A stretch of DNA of 60,263 nucleotides, counting the filler. It is 5 parts of 5 records of this genome, joined end to end, with 100 filler letters (N's around TTAATTAATTAA, not from the genome) between each part and the next. Parts side by side here need not be neighbours in the genome. Positions count along the whole stretch, not along the records: positions 46,524 to 52,067 come from SRR2962707_1078; positions 52,168 to 60,263 come from SRR2962707_1084; 3 more parts are not named here. One strand, given 5' to 3'. The position numbers and the translations under genes are program-made. The notes beneath the pieces are model-generated. The model made no database searches. It was not told the origin of the DNA and was given only the letters and a program-made list of their open reading frames with translations. Below, piece by piece: positions 48,734 to 59,670 of this stretch. Each line of letters opens with the position of its first letter. Positions within the stretch are counted from its first letter, which is position 1.

Positions 48734-48920
48734 ATTTCGAAGCAAGTCCTCCAAGCAACACACCAGTTCGTTGTCGCTCGAGGAACATGACGAGCACAGG
48801 CGGCCCTAATAAAGATTTACCTCCCTGACCCCAACTCTTAACCCCCAGTTTATTTTATATTTTGAAGGCTACGGTGTCTCTCACAGGCACCCAAGTGCTT
48901 GCACAGCACGTTGATTCGAA

Positions 48921-51900
48921 CTAGTCTTCCTCGACCAGCGGTGCTGCTGCATCCCACTCCGCGAAGCCACCGTAAAAGTCGAAAAATTCTTGTCGGGTGA
49001 AGGCTTCTTCACCATCCACACGCCGCTCCTCATACAGCACACCAAGTCCCCAACTGTCTGGGTTTGCTTCTGAAGGGGATCTATCGCTCCGTTGCACTGC
49101 GTCACGAGCTGGATCGTGCTCGAAATCGACATCCCCTGCTTCGACTTCGCATTGCAGATGTCCAACTTGATATGGCACCCCCGCCTCACCGCTTGGACTG
49201 ACGTGAGTTGCATGAGGCTCTGCTGCATCATCAATGCGATCCGACTCGATGACAAAATTTTCTAATCCCGTCACAGACAGAGCTGGAAGCCAAAGTTCCT
49301 GTTGTGGCTCGAGGTGCGGATGCACCGTAAAAAGCTGGGGGTTGAACGGGTCTCCTGAAGCTCCGTGTGGCCCTTCAGAACTGACAGGTACGTGGCCCGT
49401 GGCAAACCACTGCCCGTCCGACCCGTGGCGACGCGCGACAACAACACTGCCCGACTTTGCACCTTTCGGTCCTTTGCCACGATAAACGCAGTCGAGCGAA
49501 GGTGCGGTGCGAAATTGAACACCCTTTTGGTGCACGCAGCGAAGAAGTAGTCGATACTTGGGGTTTTCGACCCCCCGCGGAGCTCCGCTTTGCGTGTGCA
49601 CCAGTGCTTGCCGTTCTTCGTCAGCGACTCCATCTGCAGCACCTGGAAGATTTCCTTTTGTCCCAACGACGCACGTCGCAGAAGTGTTGACTGTTGAGCC
49701 TGTTGCCGTGCAATGTTGTTGCGCGGGTGTGTCCTCAGAACTCACTTTCCACTCTCCGTTGGGGGTGCGAAACCACCACGACTGAGGGAGGGCTTTTTCA
49801 TGGTGTGCGCGTGCGAAATCAAGGGCAGTCGAAGCAGCGTCCGCTGCAGGTGGCTTGACGAATCGGATTATCTCGCGAAACTTACGAGGCATGAACGGAC
49901 GCAATACCGAAGGTACGACTATGCCTTCGCTGCTGGCGTAGTTCTCCAGAATAGCAGATATGGTGCGCGTGTTTGCCATCAGTGTCGAATTCAAAAGATG
50001 TGGTACAGTGCTGCGCTTGCCAGTGGTGAGCTCGTCAACGTTCGGGCCATTCGAATGGCTTGCTTCATCGGTTGTCGTTGTGCTGGCGACGCACTCTCGC
50101 TCCATGCGCATGGCAAGTGCACGAGACTGAAAATCTGTGCAGCTGGAGCAGCTGACGACTTCTCGAAACTGGCCTTGAGCTGGAAACCATGCCTCGATGT
50201 CGTACTTTACAGCCGCGGACGGTGTGAGCTCCTCACAGGGACATCGCACCAATTGAAATGGAAGCCCTAGGGTTTCGTAGAAATGCATTGTGCGGGAGAG
50301 AAGACGACCCAGATCCAGTTCCGATCGCGAAGGAGTTGTCACGGTGACTTGCTCGACCTTCTCAAACTGATGAACTCGAAAAATGCCTTTCGTGTCAATT
50401 GCCTGACTTCCAGCTTCCGTGCGAAAACATGTGGACACTCCACCAATATCACGAGGCAGAGAATCGTACGAAAAAACTTGCTTGTAGTGCATGGCACACA
50501 ACGGCTGCTCTGCCGTAGCAATCAGATAGTGGCGCGAGTCAGTGGATATTGAGCCACCTGTGGCGGTGCCATCTTTGCCGCGTTCGTGCCCACGTGCCAC
50601 GTGGTACAGGTTGTCATCAAAGTCATCAAGCTGGGCCACACGTGACATCATACTCGCAGCCATGATTTCAGGTGGCTGGACAATATTGCAACCATCGTCA
50701 AGCAGGTAGTTCAAACTGTAGTTGATCAGTGCTTGCGAAAGGAATACGGCAGGGCCGCACAAAAAATAAGCCCTCTTGCTGGAAATGAGCGCAGCATTGC
50801 GTGTCTCGAGCCCGCCAATCATATCCAGAAGTGTGTGGTGGGCCAGCTGCAGAGCTTGCCCGGATTCCGGGCGTTCGCCTAAGCCAGGATGTTGTCGTGA
50901 CGCAAGCTGAGGGGTTATGCGAAACACAATCTCTTCCTGTGTCAGTGGTGCTCCATACTTGTCGATGAGATTTCGAAGCCCAAACAACCTACCTGAATCG
51001 GGAGTCGTCACTGCCACTACAATGTTGCCCACATGATCGAGGAGATTGTCGCGACAACTCACCTGTGCTTCAACAAGTTTCTTGAGCGCAGCCTCTTGTA
51101 CCTTCAAGGCTTTGTTGGCGGTTTTCTGAGCGGGGGTAACCAATGCGCGCAAGGCCTTGTCGCGCATGGACTGCGAAAATTGGTTCAGTTGTTGCCGCGC
51201 GAGGTCTACCGCTGCCGTGGTGCGCCGACACGCTTCATCCACCGCAATTAAGACTTCGAGAAGCACCACTTGATACGCGTTCGAAAGCATCTTTTCAGCT
51301 TCCTTAACTGCTACTACGGTTTCTGCATCATCCCGACTTCGAGCGGCATTGTGCAAAGCGAGTACTGCCTCGATGCTGAGCTCTCTGGAATGTAGTGTCT
51401 GCATCTCTGCCTGTTGGCCATCGCCTTTGTTGCTTCTCGGCTTTTTCTTCTTGCTGGAGCCGTTGCTTGCTTTAGTTTTCGCAGCGTTGGGTTCCCGAGC
51501 GTAAAACAGCTGCAAGTGGCGCGCCAGCACCTCCAAAAACTGCCAGAGCACAAACGCGGACTTGGCAGCCGGTGGCCACGGCTCGTGTGGACAGGTTGTT
51601 GTCGTCGTTGCTGTTGCACCCACCGCGCCGCCTCCTGCCGCACCAATACCACCCGAACTTCCGGACGCGTCAATTTGTTGATCTGCGGCCGAGGACTGAC
51701 TTACACGATGCGCAGCAGTAGCGGGGGAGTCGGCTTCAAAATCTCCTGTGAAAATTGACGCGACTGCGTCGCTGCTGAAGAGGCACCACCTGCTGCTGCT
51801 GCTGCTGCTGCTGTGGGGGTGGTGGTGCACAGGCTGCTGGTCCTTCACAGTCTCTAGCACACTGCGACACCATTCTCGGTGCGTAGGATCCTCCAGAATG

Positions 51901-52010
51901 CTCTGAGCCAGCGCGACCCCCTCTCGCCAGGCAGGAAAGCGCCGTTGCTGCGAGGCACGCAGCAGCTGTTGCCCAGCTGGCGTTCGGAACAGCTGCACAG
52001 GGAGCCCCAT
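48921..52010 (-). CDS. Eukaryotic cytosolic-type seryl-tRNA synthetase with large insertions and a C-terminal extension
   Basis: YLIATAEQP, FRTEAGS..DTKGIFRVHQFEKVEQ, KYDIEAWFP, EVVSCS.CTDFQSR, HLLNSTL..TRT..AILEN; N-terminus LFR...RASQQRRF. Confidence 0.9.
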   Translation of the reverse strand: MGLPVQLFRTPAGQQLLRASQQRRFPAWREGVALAQSILEDPTHREWCRSVLETVKDQQPVHHHPHSSSSSSSRWCLFSSDAVASIFTGDFEADSPATAAHRVSQSSAADQQIDASGSSGGIGAAGGGAVGATATTTTTCPHEPWPPAAKSAFVLWQFLEVLARHLQLFYAREPNAAKTKASNGSSKKKKPRSNKGDGQQAEMQTLHSRELSIEAVLALHNAARSRDDAETVVAVKEAEKMLSNAYQVVLLEVLIAVDEACRRTTAAVDLARQQLNQFSQSMRDKALRALVTPAQKTANKALKVQEAALKKLVEAQVSCRDNLLDHVGNIVVAVTTPDSGRLFGLRNLIDKYGAPLTQEEIVFRITPQLASRQHPGLGERPESGQALQLAHHTLLDMIGGLETRNAALISSKRAYFLCGPAVFLSQALINYSLNYLLDDGCNIVQPPEIMAASMMSRVAQLDDFDDNLYHVARGHERGKDGTATGGSISTDSRHYLIATAEQPLCAMHYKQVFSYDSLPRDIGGVSTCFRTEAGSQAIDTKGIFRVHQFEKVEQVTVTTPSRSELDLGRLLSRTMHFYETLGLPFQLVRCPCEELTPSAAVKYDIEAWFPAQGQFREVVSCSSCTDFQSRALAMRMERECVASTTTTDEASHSNGPNVDELTTGKRSTVPHLLNSTLMANTRTISAILENYASSEGIVVPSVLRPFMPRKFREIIRFVKPPAADAASTALDFARAHHEKALPQSWWFRTPNGEWKVSSEDTPAQQHCTATGSTVNTSATCVVGTKGNLPGAADGVADEERQALVHTQSGAPRGVENPKYRLLLRCVHQKGVQFRTAPSLDCVYRGKGPKGAKSGSVVVARRHGSDGQWFATGHVPVSSEGPHGASGDPFNPQLFTVHPHLEPQQELWLPALSVTGLENFVIESDRIDDAAEPHATHVSPSGEAGVPYQVGHLQCEVEAGDVDFEHDPARDAVQRSDRSPSEANPDSWGLGVLYEERRVDGEEAFTRQEFFDFYGGFAEWDAAAPLVEED

Positions 52011-52067
52011 GGATGGGATGGACGGATGGATGGGATGGGATGGATGGGATGGATGGATGGATGGATG
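52011..52067. repeat. (GGAT/GGGAT)n microsatellite at contig end
   Basis: Seen directly. Confidence 0.9.
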
Positions 52068-52167
52068 NNNNNNNNNNNNNNNNNNNNNNNNNNNNNNNNN
52101 NNNNNNNNNNNTTAATTAATTAANNNNNNNNNNNNNNNNNNNNNNNNNNNNNNNNNNNNNNNNNNNN
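52068..52167. other. Artificial contig spacer
   Basis: N-run + TTAATTAATTAA + N-run. Confidence 0.98.
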
Positions 52168-52693
52168 GAGGAGGGAGGAGGGAGGAGGGAGGAGGAGAAA
52201 GGAGGAAAGAGGAGGGAGGAGGAAGGGAGGGAGGAGGAAGGAGGAAGGAGGAAGGAGAAAGGAGAAGGAGCGAAGGAGCAGTTTTTTTTTTGCAGCTTCC
52301 TGGAGTTCGACAGCGTCCCCAGTTGTGAGAGCCACGGGGGCTGGAAGTAAGTGGTCGTTTGTACTGTATGCGTGATAGTGGGTGTAGCGTTGTGGGTGTG
52401 GGTGGGTGGGCGCTCCCAGTCACTCACTCAAACTCACTCAAACTCGCTCAAACTCACTCATCAAACTCACGCACTCACTCGTCTGTCTGTCTGTCCACCG
52501 GAACGGTCGCTTTTGTTTGGGTTTCAAAGTCCGCTCCCTCCCTCACACGCACGCACTCTCGTTCACGCACGCACTCACGCACTCACGAATGCACTCACTC
52601 ACACTCCCGTTCCCTTTCTCTTTGGCCTTCACTCGCTCGCTCACGCTCCTCCTCCTCCTCCTCCTCCTCGCTCGCTCGCTCGCTCGCTCGCTC
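52168..52693. repeat. Low-complexity/microsatellite tract: GGA-rich, (CACT)n, (CCT)n, (CTCG)n
   Basis: Seen directly; typical eukaryotic intergenic DNA. Confidence 0.85.
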
Positions 52694-53260
52694 TGTGAAG
52701 AGAGTCAAGAGCCAGTGCGTCCGTTAAAGCGACTGCATTGTCTGTGCGTGCGAGCCGGTGAAGCGGTTGTTGCAGAGTTGTTGTTCGGGTGAAGTGCGCT
52801 TCGCAGGCATGTCACAGCTTCTGGATGTGCTACTTCGTTCTGTTTTTTTTGTTTGGTTCTTTGTTTTTGTGCCTCTTTCGGTCTGCTTTCTTGGTTCTTT
52901 TTCCTGTTTTGTTGGGGTTCTGGCTTTTTTTTGTTGTGGTTGTTTGTTGTTGTTTTTTTTATTCGTTCCAAACCCTTTTTTTTTTGCGTTCTGTCAGAAC
53001 CACCTTTTCGGCGTTCTGTCAGAACCTTTGTTATTTTTGTTTTTTTTCGCGCGCACGTTGCGCGGTCTGTGAGAGCCCTTTCGGCCTGTCAGAACTTCCT
53101 TCCCATCGGTCTCGCTCTTTGTAGGCTTTGAACGTGTGTTGTTGTTGTTGTTAAAGTTGTTGCTCTTGTTGCTCTTGTTGTTGTTGTTTGCAAAGAGCGA
53201 CGCGGATGTGGGCCTGACCGGCGCCGTGGCACTCTGACTTCTTCTGCGTGGTGGTGAAAG

Positions 53261-56200
53261 ATGCCCACCACACACAGGCCCGCAGATGGTAGCGGCCAGT
53301 CGTCGAGGGTCACGCCTGAGGTCAGCGTTGAGCTTGTCGACATGGTGAAAGACCTGCACAGCAAAGGGGAGTCGGCAAAGTTGGAGGGGGCCGTGAACCG
53401 TTTTAACACAGTGCGGCGGGTGGCAGTCTTCATGGAGTACGATATCCAACTCTTCGACGTAAACCGAGAGCAATACCGGCGCATCCGCATCATAATGAGT
53501 GCGCTGGTTTTCTTCACAGCGGTGATTTGCGTCCTCAACGTCTCCGCAGAGGCCCTGTGCGAGTTTACCAGCAGTAACCACCAAAGGCAGGCACCCGAAC
53601 CCTGCACACTTCCGTCGCCGATGTCGTGCTTCTCAGGTTCTTGCGCGAGCATTGGGCTCGCTTGTCATGCAAGTCTCCAATGCCTTTGCCCTGGGCACGA
53701 GCCTTTGTGCAACACCTCCTTGCCGGCCCCTGTTGCTTCGTGTGGCGCCGTCGCGAACTATTCCTTCGAGGACGTTTATCACGACTGCGAGGTACAGGAC
53801 GGCTTGCTCATGATGAGCGTGTTGCTCCAAAGTCTGAGTTTGCTCGGGGTTCTAGTTTTCGCTCTCCTGTACTGGCGGCGGCTTGCTTCGCACACAGCCA
53901 CGGCGTCGCGGAAGGCGGTGCGGTTTTTCACTGGGGTGCAGCGCATTACGGCGGTCCTCGCAGCCTTTGTTTGCGTGGGGAAAGTGTTCAACTTTGCGTT
54001 CACTGTCCACTACATGCGCTACGGGGTCCTGTGGGACAAGCTCCCCAGGCCCTACTTGACTGACGAGGAATCGCGGGGGCTGGACACCGCCGTCGACATT
54101 CTGGAAAACATTGGAATGTCGATCAGCAGTTCCGTGGTGCTCTTTGCGCCAATTTTGCTGTTCACTAAGATCCTGAGCAACCTTCCTGCCCAAATGTGGG
54201 ACACAGCTTGCCACCTCAGCGTTTGCATGGTCAACACTATGCTGTACCTTTCAGTGCGGATTGTGTTCGGGTAAGCGTGGCTCTGGGGTGGAGGTATGCG
54301 GGGTTTCTTCCGGGTTTCTACGCGACCGTTTGTGGTGACGTGTATGTGCGTGTGTATGTTGTGCTGCCGCAGGTACATGTACGGACAGACGTTCGGCTAC
54401 GTGCCGTTTATGTACATTGTATCCATCATCCAAGTGTGCAACGAAGCTCCACCAGAATCTTTGGTCGCGGAGATGGAAGTCTCTCTTATCATGAGAAATG
54501 GGCCAGCGACTGAGATTTCCACAACCACGGCTGCTGCCAGCGCGACCACCACGACTGCAGGTCCGCGAGCTCCGGCATCACTGAGCAATCATGTTGAAAG
54601 CCTAGCGATGAAGACTGTGGTTGATGTGCCTGTTTTTCGTTTTGCGTGCCCGTTCTTGTCAGATCCCTTTGCTGCTCTGGACGATAGTCCTCTCCAAGTG
54701 TGGGGCTGCACCGAGACCCCTGCCATTCTGTGGGTGGGCATTGCTGCAGTATTTTTGTGGGAGGTGTTTCTCCTCGCACAGGTTCTCTACGTTCGGCACT
54801 CCTTAGAAAAGGCAATTCTTTCAATTCCGTACCCGCAGTTTCGCGCCATCATTTTGTATTATCGGTTCGTCGACGCCCTCTGGCGGCTTCTGTCGTTCAT
54901 GCTCATTGGTCTTGGCGGACCCATGGCCCTTGCGAATCGGCAACTATTTCGGTGGTCGCTGTGGGAGGACGCTACCGTCAATTCGACAGGCGCAGATGAA
55001 ATTCACATCGTGCCGCTCAAGTTTTTGGGAACGACATTTTTCGGAGGACCATCTTTGGATGTTTTTTTTTCAGTTTGGCTGTTTGGTCTCATGTACGTCC
55101 TGCCGTCCTCGGAACACCTTTCCCGTGCACCCGTTCATGCCCCATGCTCTCAGTTGGCTTTTTGATGGTTCCGGCTCTTGTGACACTGGCCCCCTTTTTC
55201 TGCCGTTCGTGTGCTTTGGTTGGAACATTCCACATCAGGTACCTACACTTGCCGCGCTTCTACTTTGGGCTTTTTCTTGAAGCATTTTGCCCGAATAAGC
55301 TTGCTCGGCTGATCGCGAAGATTGAAGGGGACGTACCGCAGCACGTGTGGAGCCGCGAGCACTGGGGTGCCAAGAAAGCATCATCGAGGCATCTGCAATG
55401 TCGTCGGAGCATGCGCGGGGCTGTTGGTGACCCGCGACGCCACTCGACCGCCAGGCATTCATCGTCAATGGGAGGACTGGAGGCTCGCGCACGCATTGGT
55501 CGCCATCTGTCTAATTTCCGCCAAGAAATCATGCGCCACGAGCGTGCCAAACTTGTGGAGCAAGCAGATATTGAAGATGAAGCGACCTTAGACCCACGCT
55601 CGAGTGCTGGGTTTCAGAAACGCGAAGCACGCGACCGCTTGGCTGCTGAGTGCAAGGAAGCGAAAAGCGCCGACTTCAAAGCTAAGCCTTCGGGAGCCTC
55701 TGACACAAAAACTAGCGGCTCATCCTCAACGGAGCAACCGGCCAGTCCGTCGCGTGCACCAACCAGCGAGCGGAGAACAGCCGACGTGGCGACGGCGGCG
55801 GTTTCAGATGCTCACAAAGTAGAAAGTGCGGAAAGTGCGGCGGAAGCTGCACTGGCGAGTTCGCAGGGCGTGCGGCTGGAGCGCTCTTCGACACATCAGC
55901 AGCACAAGGAACTTGCGGAGACTGGAGAGATCGAAGACGACAACCTTCCACCTGGTGGATTGAACTGCTTCATTGACATCGTCTACGCCGACTTTGTCAA
56001 AAGTATCGTCAAAATCTACAAGAAGCTCGGTTACACTCCTTCAACAAGAGGGTACAAGGACGACGAAGTGTTTCATGTGCGTTGGGCTTCCATCATCGCT
56101 TGTTTTGGTGTGGTTGTGTGCAGTATTCCTGCGTGTCCCGCAATGTGAATCGCTTAGACCTTTTGCTGTCGATCTCGAACTGGACTCTTTGCCTGACGCA

Positions 56201-57857
56201 GGGTGAATTAAAGCAACTTCTCGGGCCAGTTCGCTATGACCAATTCGTAGCCGACAATGAGACCCTGCAAATTATAGACAATGAGGGGAGCAAAAACCAT
56301 TGTTGGATGCTGCGGTCTGTGCCACAGGAAGGATTGGTCGTTGTATTTCCTGGTTCTTCGCACTTCGAAAACTTTTTCAATGCAATGAACATTAACGCGG
56401 TAAGGCCGAGGTTTTAAACTGCGCCCATTGGCCACCGCCTCCTCCGCAGTGTTTTCACGCAATGTGCGTGAAAAAAGTTGCTTATGGCGGTGTGTTGCTT
56501 GTGCTTGCAAAGATTCCTTGGGAGAGCGTTGCCGAATGCCAATATCGCAGTGCCGAAGAGGCACGAGAGCGCGGAGCTTCGAGGGTTCATCCCAAAAACA
56601 GCGCGAAAGCCGAAAGCCTGGCTTCGAACCGCGCAGAGGGGACTGGTGCCAATGAGGATGGCGGGGCTGGTGACGTCAGTGGCGGCGACAATGCTCCAAG
56701 GCCCCCGCGACGCTCGTCGCAGTGGCGGAGGAGCATTCGCGACAACCACGTTTTGAACGTGCCACCTTCGGCTCCGATAGATTGCCGGGTTCATGCAGGC
56801 TTTTTCAACATGTACAAGACGCTGCGTCACGCAGTGATGCGTGGCCTCAAGGAGCACCTCGCTAAGTTTCCAAAAACTGCCAAGATCACCATCACTGGCC
56901 ATTCACTGGGAGGAGTGTTCTCATCTTTTCTTGCTCTAGATATGCTTGAAAGTGGTCTTGTACAAGACATGAACCGCGTACACGTCAGTCTGTATGGAAG
57001 CCCTTGTGCAGGAAACCTTGCTTTCAAAAAGTATTATGATTCGGTGCTGCCTGCCACTCTCCAGTTTGGTTCGTGCGAGTTTGCCGCCAGCGATGGACTG
57101 TCGCTCCCCGAGCTGGGCACCGATCGTTTCGTCCCGCTCTTTGGCAGTCCCTCCCTTCCTTGAGCCTGTTTGTCTTGTTGCCGGTTTCTGCTTAGGCATG
57201 TGGAACGATCCAATCATCATGTACCCGCCACAGCCCTGCCAGATGGTGTATTGGCACTGTGTCGGCAAAGATGTCATTTTGCTCCCTGCGCTACAGTTTC
57301 TGGTAGAACCATCTCAGCTGGAGCTTTACTTCATTCAACTTGGCCACGCCGACGGAAGAGCACATCGACGCTTCACGTACTATCATGTGCGTTATTGTTT
57401 GAGTATTGCGTCCCACCCAGGGCTGGCGACCTGACGTTATTACACTGCGTTGCTGACTGTCAATTGGTGCACTTCTCAACTGGCTTTCTGAACCGTGCTG
57501 GCAGGCTGTGTTGCGGCTTCTTCTCGACCCCGAAAGTCAAAACTCCATGTCAGATGTATCAGTTTCTGAGCTAGAACGGTATCTGTGGTCGCTGCAGCTA
57601 ATGGTGCGCCGGTCGCCGCCGGAGCTGAACGCTTTTTACAAAGAGTACGTTGGTGGCCACAAGACGTGGGGCGAGGAAATGTCCTGCGCTTTTATTGCAC
57701 GTAGTCGTTTGGCCTGTACTTATGCTGCGGTGTATGCATTTGTGTGTTGGGGAACCTATTTGCAAGGCACCTCCCCGAGTTCGTGGGAGATGCTGTGTCG
57801 GAACATAACGAGGAAGACTTCAACAGTATTCATGAGCTCGACAGTTTGCGTGACTGA
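53261..57857 (+). CDS. Spliced multi-TM protein with C-terminal class-3 lipase domain (8 exons, about 1247 aa)
   Basis: GT-AG introns 54271-54372, 55093-55238, 56077-56201, 56400-56512, 57069-57195, 57387-57504, 57645-57766 all keep frame; motifs VVFPGS, VHAGF, GHSLGG, YGSPCAGN, NDPI. Confidence 0.8.
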
Positions 57858-58124
57858 ATCCCCTTTTTGTGGTCAGACCGCCCAACCCTTATTTATTTGC
57901 AGTGAAATATTTGCACCTTGCCAAGTGGGCCCACTGCCCCGCGCGACAGAAACACATGCACAGTGCGTTCCCCAACGTTCCCGAATCAGCGTGACAAATA
58001 TTGTGGTCACCGAACGACAATAAAATAATAATAAAATGACGACGATAGGGTTTCACGCTGCACGCAGCCCAATGGTGTTTTCCTTCCCGTAGGACAGCGA
58101 GCTGGCATTGGCCGGTCACACTGC

Positions 58125-59670
58125 TCAATACATGTCACCCTCCAACATTCGGTCAACGGTCGCATGATCACCCTGGTCGTCGTGGAACCCACGATTGTTG
58201 TACCCGCGCAGCTGCTGTTGTTGCCAATTGCCGCCGACGCCCCCATCATTGTAACCACCGCCGCCACCATGGTAGCCGCCGCCATTACCTCCGTATCCAC
58301 CTCCGTATCCCCCGCGACCTCCATATCCACCGCGTCCACCGTATCCCCCGCGACCTCCGTATCCACCGCGCCCTCCATATCCGCCGCGGCCCCCATATCC
58401 GCCGCGGCCGCCACCGCCATGGTAGTAACCACCCCCTCCACCTGCGTTTTGGAAGCCTCCCCCACGGCTGTAACCGCCGCCCCGGCCGTGACGATTGCTC
58501 CCGAAGTTCTGGAATGCGTTGTCGCCTTGGTGCTGGTTGTGATGGTAGTGGTAGCCACCATTTTGGTAGGCACCGCCGCGTGTGGGATGGTAACCGCCAC
58601 GGCCACGGCCCCCTCCATAAAAACCACCACCAGCGTGGCCGCCAACAGGCCCGTTGAACTTCACTCGCCGGTTGGCAAAGTTGATCTTCACAGGGCGATC
58701 CTGGAAGGAAACGCTGCCGCCAACCCCGTTGATGGCAGTAATAGCAGCAGTGACATCGTCCGGGCCGCCCATGGCAACAAATCCGTACCTGAGTCAAATA
58801 CAAAGGGAGCGATCGTTCGTAGCAGTGAATGGCGAGTAATGGCACGAACAGCAGGGATACAGACGAGGGCATGCATCAGACAAAGGCAACACTTCTGCAG
58901 CATGCGCACCCTCGGCTGAGCCCCGTGGTACGGTTGATGCACACCTCTGCCTGGAGTACAACCCCAAAGGCAGAAAATGCCTCGGTCAACACTTCAGCGG
59001 TGACGTTTGGATCAAGTTGTCCCACGTACAACTTTGAGTGGTCCAAAACTGTCCGACCAGCATTGGGCCCACGCTGTGTGCCAGGTCCGGCACGAGGACT
59101 GCCATGGTAGTATCCTCCTGGCTGACCGCCAGAGGCAACTCCCGCTGCACCGGGAGATGCACTGGCGCCGTTGTTGTCAAGAATCGGGCCCCTCGGCCTG
59201 TACGGATCCGCAATCTTCGTTTTGCGCACTGACTGTACAAATTCTAGCTTCTCTTTCTTTTTAGCCTCGAGCTCTTCCGCTGCCTCAGTCGCGAGGACAT
59301 TGTCGCCGGCCTTCTTTGCCACGTCCATCTTGATCGTCAGATCAGTGAGCGCATCTATCAGTTCCTGGTACCGCTCTTTTTCTGCCGCGGTCATGCGCGC
59401 AGGAACGAGTTCAACTTTCGCATCGATCTTCGCGTCTAAATCTTTAGCGTTGACGCCCACTCGCTTCAGATTGTCCTCGCGCGGCCGAGCAGCTCCAAAC
59501 GGGTTCGACTTCGAAACCCGAGACGCCGCCGGTGCCGGCGCCGGCGCCGGCGCCGGTGCCGGTGCCGGTGCCGGTGCCGGTGCTGGGTCCGGCACAGCAG
59601 CTACACTCGTCGTGGAGGAGGAGGCGGCGGCCGGAATCGCGGGCGGCGCAGCGGAGTTGTTCGCTGACAT
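58125..59670 (-). CDS. Spliced RRM + RGG/Gly-Tyr-rich RNA-binding protein (2 exons, about 474 aa)
   Basis: Intron 58789-58909 joins RNP2 LYVGQL exon to reconstitute RNP1 RGYGFV; (GGRGGY)n tail; KSNPFGAARPRE motif. Confidence 0.85.
59528..59581. repeat. (GCCGGY)9 hexamer repeat encoding (Pro-Ala)n
   Basis: Seen directly, inside exon 1 of the RRM gene. Confidence 0.85.

Noticed and set aside
10409..52010. Two seryl-tRNA synthetases in one window as duplication or HGT
   Set aside because: They are on different contigs (bacterial and eukaryotic) joined artificially.
14129..52167. Recurrent TTAATTAATTAA motif and abrupt GC shifts as island boundaries
   Set aside because: These are assembly concatenation linkers flanked by N runs.
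52351..53131. Short ORFs in the microsatellite region (and 59815-60233)
   Set aside because: Translations simply mirror low-complexity repeats.
57508..58023. 171-aa ORF as an independent gene or full terminal exon
   Set aside because: Only its first part is exon 7. A GTACGT donor at 57645 and a 122-nt intron lead to a more protein-like final exon in another frame.
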